DNA of 64,000 nucleotides from Escherichia coli (GTDB lineage Bacteria; Pseudomonadota; Gammaproteobacteria; Enterobacterales; Enterobacteriaceae): NCBI RefSeq assembly GCF_030013595.1, contig NZ_CP122768.1; one strand, 5' to 3'. Shown piece by piece: positions 63,901 to 64,000 of this stretch (position 1 is its first letter; each line of letters starts with the position of its first letter). The notes under the pieces were generated by a model. It saw only the letters and a program-made list of their open reading frames with translations, ran no database searches and was not told where the DNA came from. The position numbers and the translations under genes were made by a program.

Positions 63901-64000
63901 CGGAACCATAAAACATTCCGTTTTACCTGAACCCGTACCACTGGTTACCACCACTGAATGTTTCTTTTCCAGCAAAGCTTTCCAACTGGCTAACTGGTGT
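57973..64000 (-). CDS. Giant SF2 helicase with DUF1998-like zinc-binding clusters (DruE-like candidate defence protein); N-terminus beyond window end
   Basis: Over 2000 codons open. Walker [10 protein letters not shown] near 63940, DEAH box (VLDEAHTY) near 63510, motif [10 protein letters not shown], Cys clusters ([26 protein letters not shown]...[15 protein letters not shown]) and ~500-aa C-terminal region of unknown function. Frame continues upstream of the TTG reported by the ORF track. Confidence 0.8.

Overview
E. coli-type chromosomal window in three blocks. (1) 1-25435: the right ~25 kb of a lambdoid prophage whose left end lies beyond the window start. It runs capsid/protease, portal, terminase, lysis cassette, Q antiterminator, a translationally coupled early operon (Rha, replication, Dam, RusA, DUF968), cro/cI immunity region, early-left accessory genes, xis-like and a tyrosine integrase, and is inserted inside the 5' end of prfC at codon 22. 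It carries AT-rich morons: an Ais/PmrG-like periplasmic phosphatase, an AraC-family regulator, a tRNA-Gly(UCC) variant, an unknown soluble + 4-TM gene pair, and an AIPR-type abortive-infection gene. (2) 25436-47905: conserved core genes in K-12 synteny: yjjG, rimI, holD, rsmC, leuQPV, yjjZ, fhuF, bglJ, yjjQ, yjjP, yjjB, dnaT, dnaC, yjjA, opgB, lgoD/R/T, tsr, btsT, yjiX, yjiA, mrr. (3) 47906-64000: immigration-control defence island: hsdR, hsdM, an hsdS with non-EcoKI target-recognition domains broken by two homopolymer frameshifts, symE, mcrBC, and a convergent giant SF2 helicase (at least 2000 aa, N-terminus beyond the window end) with DUF1998-like Cys clusters, i.e. a DruE-like candidate defence protein. 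The most likely undescribed systems are the prophage soluble + membrane gene pair (10275-11435) and the giant helicase locus. All homology statements are from reading the translations, not from database searches.
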